This document shows, piece after piece, positions 1 to 9,868 of a DNA stretch of 64,000 nt (position 1 is the first letter of the stretch; every line of letters starts with the position of its first letter). The notes beneath the pieces are model-generated. The model made no database searches, was not told the DNA's origin, and saw only the letters and a list, made by a program, of their open reading frames with translations. Made by a program: the position numbers and the translations under genes. Origin of the DNA: an uncultured bacterium (GTDB taxonomy: Bacteria > UBP7 > UBA6624); NCBI GenBank assembly GCA_964517115.1, contig CAZFBE010000001.1, positions 15,612 through 79,611 on the forward strand, in the 5' to 3' direction.

Positions 1-354
1 TTTGTTCCAATTTTAGCAAAAATAGACATCATCAGCGATACCGGTGACATTGCTGTAGCAATGTTAAACTACGGTGCTCCGGAAGGAATGTGCCCTGTCT
101 TGACATGTGAAGGCGATGTGCATACTCTGAAAATTATGGATAAATACAGAAAGGTTTTAAGAACATACAAATTTAATTTTCCTTATGAAGAAAATATGGA
201 CCTGAGAAAAGGGGGGAAAGTCCAAGCCGAACTTCTCGATTCTTTTGACAGGCCAAAAGTAACATATTACATTTCCTACGAAAAATACAGATCAATAATA
301 TCAAGTTGGATTCAGCCTGAATACTGGTCAAATGAAGTTTTTCTCAAAGAGTAA
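1..354 (+). CDS. hypothetical protein, C-terminal fragment (5' end outside window)
   Basis: Frame 1 is open from nt 1 to TAA 352-354; FVPILAKIDIISDTGDIAVA precedes the first ATG at 61. No family recognised by eye. Confidence 0.45.
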   Translation, partial: FVPILAKIDIISDTGDIAVAMLNYGAPEGMCPVLTCEGDVHTLKIMDKYRKVLRTYKFNFPYEENMDLRKGGKVQAELLDSFDRPKVTYYISYEKYRSIISSWIQPEYWSNEVFLKE

Positions 355-1011
355 AATTAAATCCTTATAAGATTTAACTTCGTAGTCAGAAATTTCTAAG
401 TCATTTCTTGGTTTCATTTTCATATAGTGCTCAGATTTATATCTCACAGTAACCATGTTTAACTTATTTCCAGGATGAATATCTGAATCCGGCCTATCTC
501 CAAGAACAACAACTTCAGTTGGGTTCATTTCCCACTTAGTCATTATTCTTTTAAACTCTTCTTCTTTTGAATTTGAAATATTGACTACTGAAACATAATC
601 AAAATATTTTTCTATGTTTAATTTTTTGATTTTTTTCATTTGAGTTTCTTTGTGGCCTTTTGTTACAAGTGCAATCTTTAAAGAAGAGCAGAGATTTAAA
701 AAATCTTCAGCAAGAGGAAAAAGAGTTATATCCTTGACATCCCTGTTGTAATAGGCGTCAAATCCGGCTTCCAGCTCTTGCGCAGAACAACCAATCTCTT
801 CCTTTAATACATCTTCAAAACTTTTTGAAAAATTATCAGATATTGTTTTTTCTAAAATTCTTATTCTTTCTTTGAAAGTTTGTTCAACAGACATGTGGAA
901 ACCTGCGTCCACCATCGCCTTTGATGCATCCAGGTGAGCGTTAAAGACCAAATCTCCAAAGGTATTACATAAAGTATCGTCTAGGTCAATGATTAAAGAC
1001 TTTGCCCGCAT
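328..1011 (-). CDS. HAD-superfamily hydrolase
   Basis: Motif I DxDxT (IIDLDDTLCNT) at the N-terminus; GDxxxD-type motif (VLGDRPDSDI) near the C-terminus; 227 aa. Confidence 0.75.
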   Translation of the reverse strand: MRAKSLIIDLDDTLCNTFGDLVFNAHLDASKAMVDAGFHMSVEQTFKERIRILEKTISDNFSKSFEDVLKEEIGCSAQELEAGFDAYYNRDVKDITLFPLAEDFLNLCSSLKIALVTKGHKETQMKKIKKLNIEKYFDYVSVVNISNSKEEEFKRIMTKWEMNPTEVVVLGDRPDSDIHPGNKLNMVTVRYKSEHYMKMKPRNDLEISDYEVKSYKDLILLFEKNFI

Positions 1012-1019
1012 CGTAATAT

Positions 1020-1667
1020 ATGATTTTATCTCCTATGCAAATAAATGAATTGCTTAAACGGTTAAAAAAACAATACCCGGATACCGAAACAGAACTTTAC
1101 TACAAGAATGAATTTGAATTATTAATCTCTGTTGTTCTTTCAGCACAAGCTACAGACAAACAAATAAACAAACTAACACCTGGGCTTTTTGAATCTTTTC
1201 CATCTGCTGAACTTTTATCAAAAGCAAAACCTGAAAAAGTTGAAAATTTAATAAGATCAAGTGGGTATTACAAACAAAAAACAAAATCAATAATAAATCT
1301 TTCAAAAAAAATCATCCAAGAACATGGTGGAAAAGTCCCAATGAATATGAATGACTTAATAAACCTCCCAGGGGTGGGTAGAAAAACAGCCAATGTTCTT
1401 TTGGGGCAATATGGAGAGATTTCAGGAGTTGTTGTAGACACTCATGTAGGAAGGATATCAAGAAGGCTTGGTTTAACAAAGCAAAAAAATGCTGAAAAGG
1501 TTGAAATCGACCTGATGAAAGTTTTACCTAAAAAAGAATGGATTGATTATTCGGGAAGACTTATTAGGCTAGGAAGGCAAGAATGTAATTCAAGAAAACC
1601 TAGATGTTTTGAATGTTTTCTTTCAGACATATGCCCTTCAAATGGAAAAGCTGAAAAAATTAAATAA
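1020..1667 (+). CDS. nth: endonuclease III (DNA glycosylase/AP lyase)
   Basis: HhH-GPD motifs LPGVGRKTANVLL and VDTHVGRISRRLGL; C-terminal C-x6-C-x2-C-x5-C Fe-S loop (CNSRKPRCFECFLSDIC). Confidence 0.9.
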   Translation: MILSPMQINELLKRLKKQYPDTETELYYKNEFELLISVVLSAQATDKQINKLTPGLFESFPSAELLSKAKPEKVENLIRSSGYYKQKTKSIINLSKKIIQEHGGKVPMNMNDLINLPGVGRKTANVLLGQYGEISGVVVDTHVGRISRRLGLTKQKNAEKVEIDLMKVLPKKEWIDYSGRLIRLGRQECNSRKPRCFECFLSDICPSNGKAEKIK

Positions 1668-2118
1668 TTTTAGTTGTATACATTTTCATAAAATCGATAA
1701 TTGATTTTGGCTTAGTGAGAGATTTCATTCCCAGATTCTCAGCTCCTTGAATTATTGACTTTGAGGTGAAATAGATTGCATTTATTAAACCTTGATTTTT
1801 TGGCTCAGTCAAAAGCTCCTTTTCGAAATTCTTATTAAGAAGGGCAATATCCCTTAGAGAAACCAACTTTGGGATACCTTCTGGAATGTCATTGTTTTTA
1901 TTCACTCCGCCAGGCGGAAAAAGAAGCCATCCATCCAAAACCTCACATCCATTTGAAATTCTTGCCCCTTTTTTGCCTCTGTTTTGCCAAGTTTTTACCT
2001 TTATTTGCTTTAAATCAAGACAAAACCACGAACCATCAGGTTGTACAAATTTTGATTTTTTACCTTCTTCACGAAGCCTTAACCCAGCAAAACACAATTT
2101 TTCAATTTCTTTTTTCAA
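1660..2118 (-). CDS. hypothetical protein
   Basis: 152-aa ORF that fills the space between nth and the aminopeptidase gene; no recognisable motif. Confidence 0.4.
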   Translation of the reverse strand: MKKEIEKLCFAGLRLREEGKKSKFVQPDGSWFCLDLKQIKVKTWQNRGKKGARISNGCEVLDGWLLFPPGGVNKNNDIPEGIPKLVSLRDIALLNKNFEKELLTEPKNQGLINAIYFTSKSIIQGAENLGMKSLTKPKSIIDFMKMYTTKII

Positions 2119-2153
2119 GATAAAGTTATTTTATTGGCATAAAATTTAAGACG

Positions 2154-3287
2154 ATGAAAGATATGGCAAAAAAACTTGCAAATGTTCTTGTGAACTACTC
2201 TCTAGGCGTAAAGCCTGATTGGGAAGTTGCAATCAATACAACACCCTTGGCAGAACCCTTAATAAAAGAAATTTTAAAAGAGGTTTTAAAGGCAAAAGCT
2301 CATCCAAAAACAAATATACATATAGATTCTTGCACACCTATATTTATTGAAAATAGTAATGACGAACAACTAACTCATGTTTTTCAAACATCTTTGCTTG
2401 AAGCAAAAACAATTGATGCAAGAATAGGAATAAATGCAACAACAGATACAAGGCTTTTGTCAAAGGTTGATACAAAAAAAATATCAACATTTTACAAAGG
2501 TTCGGAAAAGATAAGAGACATAACCTTAAAAAGATCTGCTGATGGTGATTTTCATTGGGTTGGTACATTATGGCCAACAGAAGCTTTTGCAAAAGAGGCG
2601 GGAATGCCCTATGAAGATTTTTGTAAATTCGTTTACCGTGCTGGAAACCTTCATCTCGATGATCCTTCTGTATTTTGGAAGGAATTTGAAACTGAACAAA
2701 ACAAACTTGCTAATATCTTAAACAAAGGAAAAATCTTAAGAGTGATTTCCCATGACACTGATTTAAAAATGGAGGTTGAAGGAAGAACCTGGATACCATG
2801 TTCAGGAAGGTTGAATTTTCCAGATGGAGAAGTTTTTACCGCTCCTGTAGAAGGCTCTGTAGAAGGAAGAATAAGATATAAATGGCCAACAGTTTACCAA
2901 GGTGTTCTTGTTCAAGATATCAACCTGATTTTTAAAAATGGAGAAGTTGCGGACGCTTCAGCAAAAATAGGGGAAGAACATCTGCTTTCTCTTATAAACC
3001 TGGACCCAGGTGCAAAAATACCGGGAGAAGTTGCAATAGGCACAAATTACTCTATTGACAAACACATTAAAAATATTCTTTTTGACGAAAAAATTGGAGG
3101 AACATTCCATATGGCTCTTGGGAAGGGGTATCCTGAAAGTGGTTCAAAAAATAACAGTGCCTTACATTGGGACATGATTTTAGACCTTCGTGAAGAGGGA
3201 AAGATAATCTTAGATAACGAAGTAATACAGGAAAAAGGAAATTTCACAAATAGCAACATTGATTTCAAAAAAATATTTAATAAATAA
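2154..3287 (+). CDS. aminopeptidase, M29 (AmpS/PepS) family
   Basis: 377 aa; overall M29-like pattern (PDGEVFTAP, GGTFHMALGKGYPESG, ALHWDMI). Confidence 0.75.
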   Translation: MKDMAKKLANVLVNYSLGVKPDWEVAINTTPLAEPLIKEILKEVLKAKAHPKTNIHIDSCTPIFIENSNDEQLTHVFQTSLLEAKTIDARIGINATTDTRLLSKVDTKKISTFYKGSEKIRDITLKRSADGDFHWVGTLWPTEAFAKEAGMPYEDFCKFVYRAGNLHLDDPSVFWKEFETEQNKLANILNKGKILRVISHDTDLKMEVEGRTWIPCSGRLNFPDGEVFTAPVEGSVEGRIRYKWPTVYQGVLVQDINLIFKNGEVADASAKIGEEHLLSLINLDPGAKIPGEVAIGTNYSIDKHIKNILFDEKIGGTFHMALGKGYPESGSKNNSALHWDMILDLREEGKIILDNEVIQEKGNFTNSNIDFKKIFNK

Positions 3288-3351
3288 TCAAAAAGCTATT
3301 CAAAGCTAGTTGCATGAAAATTAAATTCTCTTTTGCTTTACCTAAACTAAA

Positions 3352-3401
3352 GTTGAGGGAGTTTTCTAATGAACCCACCCAGGCATTGGATCTCCCTCAA
3401 C
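3352..3401 (+). promoter_or_regulatory. perfect 10-bp inverted repeat (GTTGAGGGAG / CTCCCTCAAC) with a 30-nt loop, ending 7 nt before the LysM gene start
   Basis: Read directly: 3352-3361 is the exact reverse complement of 3392-3401. No U-tract follows, so it is not a classic intrinsic terminator. Confidence 0.5.
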
Positions 3402-3408
3402 CTCGCCA

Positions 3409-3990
3409 ATGAAATACGTCAAAAAAAATACTCTTAATTTTTGGCCTGTAGTTTTTATTATTGTTTTAATATTTTTAGTTCAAAAGGCAATTCCCAACCA
3501 GGCTGAAGAAAGCAAAATAACTTTTCTTGAGACAAAGACAAATAAAGAATCTCCTGTTTATCTTGAGGTAAATGAAGAAGAAGAAGAAGAAAAAATACCT
3601 TCTGAAAATACAATTTTTGAAGAAGGGGAAAATGAAGAAAATTTAGATTTCGACATACATATTGTGAAATCTGGAGAAAATCTAACTTCTATAGCTAAAA
3701 AATGGGGTGTGACAATTACATCTATACAGGAACTAAACGAAATTGAAGATGCAGATTCAATAAAAATTGGCCAAGAATTGAAAATACCACTTAGAGACCA
3801 ATGGAATTCTGACTATCCAGAAGATGATGGTTTGTACAAGATAAAAAAAGGTGACACATTGGACAGCATAGCAAGAGCTCTTAACACAACGGTTCCGATT
3901 TTGCAAGAATTAAATCCAGGGATAGATCCCGCAAAATTAAAAATTGGAACAATGATTAATGTTCCGTCTTTGCCTGAAAAAGAAGACTAG
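3409..3990 (+). CDS. LysM domain-containing protein (membrane-anchored, acidic linker, two LysM repeats)
   Basis: N-terminal hydrophobic anchor; poly-Glu linker; two LysM repeats (HIVKSGENLTSIAKKWGV...IGQELKIP and YKIKKGDTLDSIARALNT...IGTMINVP). Confidence 0.85.
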   Translation: MKYVKKNTLNFWPVVFIIVLIFLVQKAIPNQAEESKITFLETKTNKESPVYLEVNEEEEEEKIPSENTIFEEGENEENLDFDIHIVKSGENLTSIAKKWGVTITSIQELNEIEDADSIKIGQELKIPLRDQWNSDYPEDDGLYKIKKGDTLDSIARALNTTVPILQELNPGIDPAKLKIGTMINVPSLPEKED

Positions 3991-4544
3991 CTATCAAACT
4001 GGTTTAGCATTTCGTAAAGAACAGCACTTGCACATAAGGCAATATTCAAGCTATTAGTTATACCTCTTACTGGAAGTTCAACGACTTCATCACTGTTTTC
4101 CAAAAAATAATCGCTAACGCCTTTTATCTCATGTCCAAAAACAAGAAGAAGTTTTCTTTTCTTTATCTTGATTGGCCATTTTTTTGAACCTTCAGCTTGC
4201 TCATAGGAAACAACATAATACCCTTTGTCTTTTGCTTCCTTCGCTACATCCATTTCATTTTTAAAGTATCTCCAAGGAACTGTCTCTACACTCCCTCCTA
4301 CACCTGTTTTATTGATTTGGTTTGTAGCATGCTCCGTAAAGCCGGGATAAGGAGTAATTCCACACATCCATATTTCATTTACGTTTACACAGTCAGCTAA
4401 ACGAAAAATTAAACCCACATTTCTTGCGCTTCTTACATTGTCCAAAAGAATTGTTATTGGAAGTTTGTTTTTTTCTCTACCTTTTTCAGTTGGTCTTGAA
4501 ATAATTAAGTCTGATGTTGATTTTCTTTTTATGTCTTTATGCAT
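3987..4544 (-). CDS. RNA 2'-O-methyltransferase, SpoU/TrmH family
   Basis: SpoU motifs NVRSARNVGLIFRLADC, LLLVFGHEIKGVS and ITNSLNIALCASAVLYE. Confidence 0.8.
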   Translation of the reverse strand: MHKDIKRKSTSDLIISRPTEKGREKNKLPITILLDNVRSARNVGLIFRLADCVNVNEIWMCGITPYPGFTEHATNQINKTGVGGSVETVPWRYFKNEMDVAKEAKDKGYYVVSYEQAEGSKKWPIKIKKRKLLLVFGHEIKGVSDYFLENSDEVVELPVRGITNSLNIALCASAVLYEMLNQFDS

Positions 4545-5487
4545 CGATTTCCAACATACGAACTATTGCTTTTTTTGCATTGCTTTTCAAAGGCTCCTTA
4601 ACAACAACCTCATATTCTTCTTCTTTTAGAGAATGGTAAAGTTTTTCCAATGTTACCATTTTCATGTATTGACAAACCATGTTGTCTGAAGCTGGAATAA
4701 ATTCTTTATCCGGTAGGGATTTTTTTAAAGGATGGAGTATTCCAGTCTCAGTAGCAACTACAAATGTCTCAGCATTGCTCTTCTCTGCATGTTTAACCAT
4801 TCCAGCAGTAGAAAGTATAAAAGGTTCTTTTTCTAGCTTCCCAACAGAAGAAAGATACATACAAGAAGTGGAGCAACCACATTCAGGATGAATTAAGAAA
4901 TCTGCCTCAGAATTTGTTTTCATTAATTTTTGAATCCTTTCAGGGGGGAGAGAGGCATGAACATGACATTCTCCAGGCCAAATATGCATCTTTCTTCCTG
5001 TCATTTCTTGAACCCATGATCCCAAAAACATATCAGGTAAAAAAAGAATCTCTTTTTCCTTTGGAATTGAATTTACCACATTTAATGCATTTCCAGAAGT
5101 ACAACAGTAATCACTTTCTGCTTTGACTTCTGCTGAGGTGTTTACATAACTTACAACAACGGCTCCAGGATATTCTTTTTTCCATTTCCTAAGGTCTTCA
5201 GCTGTTATGGTTTCTGAAAGAGAACACCCCGCATTTAGGTCAGGGCATAAAACTCTCTGATTTTTCTTAGCTAAAACACTTGCTGTTTCAGCCATGAATT
5301 GAACAGCACAAAAAACAATTAATTCATTCTCAGCCTCAGCAGATTTTCTTGACAGCCCCAAGGAGTCTCCTACATAGTCTGCTAAATCTTGAATTTCAGG
5401 CACTACATAATTATGAGCAAGAATCAAAGCATTCTTTTCTTTCTTTAGCTTTTTTATCTTTCTAACCAATAAAGACTTGTCATTCAT
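4537..5487 (-). CDS. nadA: quinolinate synthase
   Basis: LILAHNYVVPEIQDLADYVGDS and HPECGC motifs; 316 aa, typical NadA length. Confidence 0.9.
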   Translation of the reverse strand: MNDKSLLVRKIKKLKKEKNALILAHNYVVPEIQDLADYVGDSLGLSRKSAEAENELIVFCAVQFMAETASVLAKKNQRVLCPDLNAGCSLSETITAEDLRKWKKEYPGAVVVSYVNTSAEVKAESDYCCTSGNALNVVNSIPKEKEILFLPDMFLGSWVQEMTGRKMHIWPGECHVHASLPPERIQKLMKTNSEADFLIHPECGCSTSCMYLSSVGKLEKEPFILSTAGMVKHAEKSNAETFVVATETGILHPLKKSLPDKEFIPASDNMVCQYMKMVTLEKLYHSLKEEEYEVVVKEPLKSNAKKAIVRMLEIDA

Positions 5488-5535
5488 TAACTGACTATTT
5501 TAAAATAAACTTTCGATTAAAAAATCAAACTGCGT

Positions 5536-6012
5536 ATGGAACTTGTAGAAATAGTAATAATTATCTTTAGCATAATTTTTTCTTTGTTAAGTTTTTTCCC
5601 AATAATCCCATGTATTGAACTTCTATTATTTATGACTTTTCTAGCTTGGACTAATAGCGGTAAGGAAAATGGCCTTTGGCCTCTCATTATTGGTGTTTTA
5701 ATTTGGGTTCTAAATAGCGTTATTGAACATTTGATAAGAACGGGGGTCTTGAAGAAAAACGACTCATCAAAAGGAACTCCCTGGGCATGCCTGGGTGGAA
5801 TTTTGATATTTTCCCCAGTAATACCTCCGTGGGGAATATTTATTGGAGCTTTTGTTGGATCTTTTCTTTGGGAAATGAAAATTCATGGATCTAAAGAAAA
5901 AAGCTACAAGGTGGCAAAAGGAGCACTTCTTGGGGTTTTAGCAAGTGGTTTTGGAAGATTCTTGTTTTCCTTAATTTATTTAATTCAAATATTCTTATTG
6001 ACCTTCAACTAA
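5536..6012 (+). CDS. DUF456-family membrane protein
   Basis: 158 aa, four predicted TM helices, Gly-rich C-terminal helices (GIFIGAFVGSFLWE, GALLGVLASGFG) as in DUF456. Confidence 0.55.
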   Translation: MELVEIVIIIFSIIFSLLSFFPIIPCIELLLFMTFLAWTNSGKENGLWPLIIGVLIWVLNSVIEHLIRTGVLKKNDSSKGTPWACLGGILIFSPVIPPWGIFIGAFVGSFLWEMKIHGSKEKSYKVAKGALLGVLASGFGRFLFSLIYLIQIFLLTFN

Positions 6013-6846
6013 CATAGACATATCAAAACTTTTTTTTGGATTTGTAATCGCCCCAACAGAAATAAAATCTGGCTTTAACAAGCAGTAACTTTCAAAATTT
6101 GAGAAATTTACACCACCTGATATTTCAACTTCTTTTAATTTATTTTTTATCAAAGATATAGCGGAGCTTATTTTTTCATAATCCCAATTGTCCAAAATAA
6201 CCCTTTGCACATCGAGAACTACAACCTCTCTGAGTTGATCCATGTTTTCAATTTCAACAATTATTTTGGATTTCTTGTTACTCTTACGTATTTCCTTGAT
6301 AGCTGAATTTAAATCTTTGAAAAAAACCAAATGATTCTCTTTTATCAGTATTTCATCTTCTAAATTAAATCTGTGATTAAAACCTCCCCCAGCCAATACT
6401 GCATATTTGTCCAAGTAACGATTTCCAGGACTCGTCTTCCTTGTATCTAAAAGTTTTACATTGTAATTATTGGATATCTTGGTCCATCTTTTCACTTCTG
6501 TAGATATTGAGGAACATCTCGAAAGCATATTTAAAATAATCCTTTCTAGATTCAAAATCTTTTTGGCATCCATCTTGAAGGAAAAAATTAAATCTCCTGG
6601 ATCTACATTCTCTCCATCTTGGATTTCATAGATTATTTCATGATCTAACTTTAAATAATTTAAAAAAAACTTCACAATCTTCAAGCCAGAAATAACGCCC
6701 TTTGTTCTAGATTCAATCCTGGCTAAACCCTTGCCAGAAATGCCTAAAGATTCAGTTGTTACGTCAGAAAAAACTCTATCTTCTTTTAAAAAAAGGTCAA
6801 AAGAGTCTTTCATCTCTTCTTTAAAAGAAAATTTGAAATTATTCAT
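5995..6846 (-). CDS. nadC: nicotinate-nucleotide diphosphorylase (quinolinate phosphoribosyltransferase)
   Basis: LDTRKTSPG, LIKENH and ILDNW motifs; 283 aa; close to nadA. Confidence 0.85.
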   Translation of the reverse strand: MNNFKFSFKEEMKDSFDLFLKEDRVFSDVTTESLGISGKGLARIESRTKGVISGLKIVKFFLNYLKLDHEIIYEIQDGENVDPGDLIFSFKMDAKKILNLERIILNMLSRCSSISTEVKRWTKISNNYNVKLLDTRKTSPGNRYLDKYAVLAGGGFNHRFNLEDEILIKENHLVFFKDLNSAIKEIRKSNKKSKIIVEIENMDQLREVVVLDVQRVILDNWDYEKISSAISLIKNKLKEVEISGGVNFSNFESYCLLKPDFISVGAITNPKKSFDMSMLVEGQ

Positions 6847-7276
6847 TTTTATTTTTTATGTCTTTGAACAATTCAGAGATATACCCTCTATCCCTCCTTG
6901 AGGGGTGGGGTAAAGTTAATCTTTTTGAAGAAATTACAAGCTTGTCAAACTCTATAAGGTCTATGTCTATCAACCTTGGACCTTTTTCAGGAACTCCTTT
7001 TCTTATTCTCCCCATCTTGTTTTCTGTAATCTGAATAAGGTCGATTATTGCCAAAGGACTTAAAAATGTTTCAATTTTTAATAACTGGTTCAAAAAATCC
7101 CCCTGATTCTCTACTGGACCACAGGGAGAAGTTTTCAGGATTATGGACTCTTTAAGAACTCTTGTTCTTGGCCATTTAGATACCTCTAAACGTGCATTGC
7201 TTAAATTTGAATCCAATGAACCAAGGTTCGTGCCTATACAAAGGTAGGCTATATGTAGAGGGGGAATTGTCGACAA
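6839..7276 (-). CDS. folK: 2-amino-4-hydroxy-6-hydroxymethyldihydropteridine diphosphokinase
   Basis: IGTNLG near the N-terminus, RLIDIDLI and LTLPHP motifs; 145 aa. Confidence 0.8.
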   Translation of the reverse strand: MSTIPPLHIAYLCIGTNLGSLDSNLSNARLEVSKWPRTRVLKESIILKTSPCGPVENQGDFLNQLLKIETFLSPLAIIDLIQITENKMGRIRKGVPEKGPRLIDIDLIEFDKLVISSKRLTLPHPSRRDRGYISELFKDIKNKNE

Positions 7277-8478
7277 AGGTCAAGTACCTCATTTTTTATT
7301 TCTTCAGAATCTTCTTTATCTCTTAACAATCTTGCGATCAAAAGAGAGATTTTTTTCATTTCAGGCTCCTTCATACCTCTTGTAGTTACAGCAGGTGTTC
7401 CAATCCTTATGCCGCTTGTCACAAAAGGGCTTTGGGGATCTTTTGGTATCGTATTTTTATTAACAGTTATATTTGCAGAGTTCAATAAAAACTCTGCTTC
7501 TTTTCCTGTTAGGTTCCAATTTCTTAAATCACATGAAAAAAGATGATTATCACTCCCACCTGAAACAATTCTCAAATTTTCAGAATCCAAATAACCAGAC
7601 AGCGATCTTGAATTCCTTACAACCTGACCAATATACTGTTTAAATGAAGGTTTTAAAATCTCTCCGAAGGCAATCGCCTTTGCTGCAATGACGTGCATTA
7701 AAGGGCCTCCTTGCATTCCAGGAAAAACAGCCTTATCTATTTTTTCTGAAATTTGACTATCTGAACTCATGACCATTCCTCCACGAGGACCTCTCAATGT
7801 TTTGTGAGTTGTAGTTGTAACAACATGGCAATGAGGAAAGGGGGAAGGATGATGCCCAGTAGCAACTAGTCCGGAAATATGAGCTATGTCACCCAATAAA
7901 AAAGCCCCTACAGAATCAGCAATCTTCCTAAAGGCTGCGAAATCAATTATCCGGGAGTAGTTACTGTATCCACAAATAATTAATTTTGGCTTTGTCTCAA
8001 TTGCAACCTTCTCAACCTGCTCAAAATCAATCAATTCACTTTCTTCATTAAGTGAATAATTTGAAATTTTAAATATCTTTCCAACCTGCGTGACAAAATG
8101 CCCATGGGATAAATGACCCCCATCTGAAAGAGAAAGTGAGAGTATTGTGTCTCCTGGCTCTAGGAGTGCTGAGTAAACTGCTTGATTTGCCTGAGAGCCT
8201 GAATGTGGTTGAACATTTACATATGAACAATTAAAAATCCTCTTTGCCCTTTCTATAGCAAGGTTTTCAACCTTGTCAACCTCTTCGCATCCGCCATAAT
8301 ATCTCTTGGATGGATACCCTTCAGCATATTTATTTGTTAACGGACTTCCTTGAGCAAGCATTACATTCTTGCTTGTAACATTTTCACTTGCTATCAGTTC
8401 AATACCTTGCTCTAGTCTCTTTATTTCAGAATTAATTATCTTCTGCACTTCTTCGTCTTCTTTAAATAAATAATTCAT
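7249..8478 (-). CDS. glyA: serine hydroxymethyltransferase
   Basis: PLP-lysine motif [14 protein letters not shown]; YYGGCE; 409 aa. Confidence 0.95.
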   Translation of the reverse strand: MNYLFKEDEEVQKIINSEIKRLEQGIELIASENVTSKNVMLAQGSPLTNKYAEGYPSKRYYGGCEEVDKVENLAIERAKRIFNCSYVNVQPHSGSQANQAVYSALLEPGDTILSLSLSDGGHLSHGHFVTQVGKIFKISNYSLNEESELIDFEQVEKVAIETKPKLIICGYSNYSRIIDFAAFRKIADSVGAFLLGDIAHISGLVATGHHPSPFPHCHVVTTTTHKTLRGPRGGMVMSSDSQISEKIDKAVFPGMQGGPLMHVIAAKAIAFGEILKPSFKQYIGQVVRNSRSLSGYLDSENLRIVSGGSDNHLFSCDLRNWNLTGKEAEFLLNSANITVNKNTIPKDPQSPFVTSGIRIGTPAVTTRGMKEPEMKKISLLIARLLRDKEDSEEIKNEVLDLCRQFPLYI

Positions 8479-8714
8479 ACTAGTCCAGAAAAAAACATTT
8501 TTACTAAATCTAACAGATAAAAAGCAATTATAGGAGAAAAATCTATCCCATTGACAGAAGGGAAAATAGGTCTTACTACCCTAAGTACAGGCTCTGTAAC
8601 ATCAGCTATCCAAAAAAAATACGGACTACTCCAACTTACATTAAACCAACTTAAAATAATTCTCAAGAAAAGAATAATTTTAAAGAAATCTATAAATGCA
8701 ACAAGAATAATCAT
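8475..8714 (-). CDS. YggT-family membrane protein
   Basis: 79 aa, two TM segments, YggT-like pattern (RIILSWF ... [11 protein letters not shown]). Confidence 0.65.
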   Translation of the reverse strand: MIILVAFIDFFKIILFLRIILSWFNVSWSSPYFFWIADVTEPVLRVVRPIFPSVNGIDFSPIIAFYLLDLVKMFFSGLV

Positions 8715-8717
8715 TTT

Positions 8718-9290
8718 TTAAATTTTAAGATTGTTTTTGATCCATAATCCTATCATTTTCATGTCTTTCCTAAAAATCTGATTACCGACCTCACTCCTTA
8801 GTGCATAAGAAGGGTGAAATGTTGAAAAAACATTAATCCCTAAATAATTAATCATCTTGCCTCTAACTGACCCAATTTTTAATTTTTTGTCAAAAAACCC
8901 CTTTAGTGCAACTTGGCCTAAAAGTATGACAAGTTTTGGAGATATTAATTCATATTGAGCTGCTAACCAAGAGGTGCATATATCAATTTCTTCATATGAA
9001 GGATTTCTATTATTTGGAGGCCTGCACTTAATGACATTTGTAATAAAGATATCCTTCCTGTCAATTGAAGAATTTTTCAAAACACCATTTAAAAAAACTC
9101 CCGCCTTTCCGACAAAAGGCTTTCCTTGCAAGGCTTCGTCTTTTCCAGGAGCCTCTCCAATCATCATTACCTTTGAATCAAGGGGGCCTTCTCCTGGAAC
9201 AGAATTCCAAGATTCTTCTGTTCTCAACTTGCCTAAATTACAAAGCATACAGGAGTTTATCTGCTCTTCAATCAACTTAAATTCCTTCAT
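8718..9290 (-). CDS. uracil-DNA glycosylase, family 4
   Basis: GEAPGKDEALQGKPFVGKAG motif, N-terminal Cys pair (CMLC) and HPSYAL motif. Confidence 0.85.
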   Translation of the reverse strand: MKEFKLIEEQINSCMLCNLGKLRTEESWNSVPGEGPLDSKVMMIGEAPGKDEALQGKPFVGKAGVFLNGVLKNSSIDRKDIFITNVIKCRPPNNRNPSYEEIDICTSWLAAQYELISPKLVILLGQVALKGFFDKKLKIGSVRGKMINYLGINVFSTFHPSYALRSEVGNQIFRKDMKMIGLWIKNNLKI

Positions 9291-9868
9291 AAATTACCAA
9301 GCCATTCATCCCATAATTTTTTTAAATCACTAAGGGAAAGTTTTGTAAGAAGCTGTTCAAAAATCAAATCAGGACTTTCGTCAGTAATGTCATACTTAAG
9401 ATGATGATCAATTAAGCCATTTCCCGCTCTTGAACGAACTCCGGACATGTCAACGACTATTGTTTCTCCTACAGCTGGGAGATTTTGCAGGTTTATCATA
9501 AAAATTAAACTTTTTCCATTGTCTTTTACTATCAACCTTCCTGCATCAGCAACTTTTTTTTTCACAGAAATGGTTCCATCACTCTTATGAATCCTGTAGA
9601 CCAATGTTTCAAAAACAGAGAACTCATTCAAAGGAATGTTAAACTCAACATATGCAATGTGCTCTCTTGGAAGATTCCCTGGGGGAGGTATTATTTCAAT
9701 AATTTCTGGAATCTGGTTTTGGCTTCTTGCATCAATTACATAAATTACAAGACTGTAGATTGAAATAATTGAAATTACAGAAAGTAAAAATTTTCCAAAA
9801 AGATTTCCGAATGAAAAATCAGAAGGAATATGCCTTGATAGGTTTTTGTTAAAGTTTCCTTTAAACAT
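9287..9868 (-). CDS. hypothetical membrane-anchored protein
   Basis: 193 aa; single N-terminal TM (LLSVISIISIYSLVIYVI) then a beta-rich domain; 4-nt overlap with the UDG gene. Confidence 0.5.
   Translation of the reverse strand: MFKGNFNKNLSRHIPSDFSFGNLFGKFLLSVISIISIYSLVIYVIDARSQNQIPEIIEIIPPPGNLPREHIAYVEFNIPLNEFSVFETLVYRIHKSDGTISVKKKVADAGRLIVKDNGKSLIFMINLQNLPAVGETIVVDMSGVRSRAGNGLIDHHLKYDITDESPDLIFEQLLTKLSLSDLKKLWDEWLGNL

Noticed and set aside
3574-3591. A (GAA)6 trinucleotide repeat.
   Set aside because: It lies in frame and encodes the poly-Glu linker of the LysM protein. Length changes would keep the frame, so it is not a phase-variation switch.
5488-5535. A possible NAD+ (nadA-motif) riboswitch upstream of nadA.
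   Set aside because: Only 48 nt of very AT-rich sequence is available. That is too short for the tandem-domain motif, and it has no GC-rich stems.
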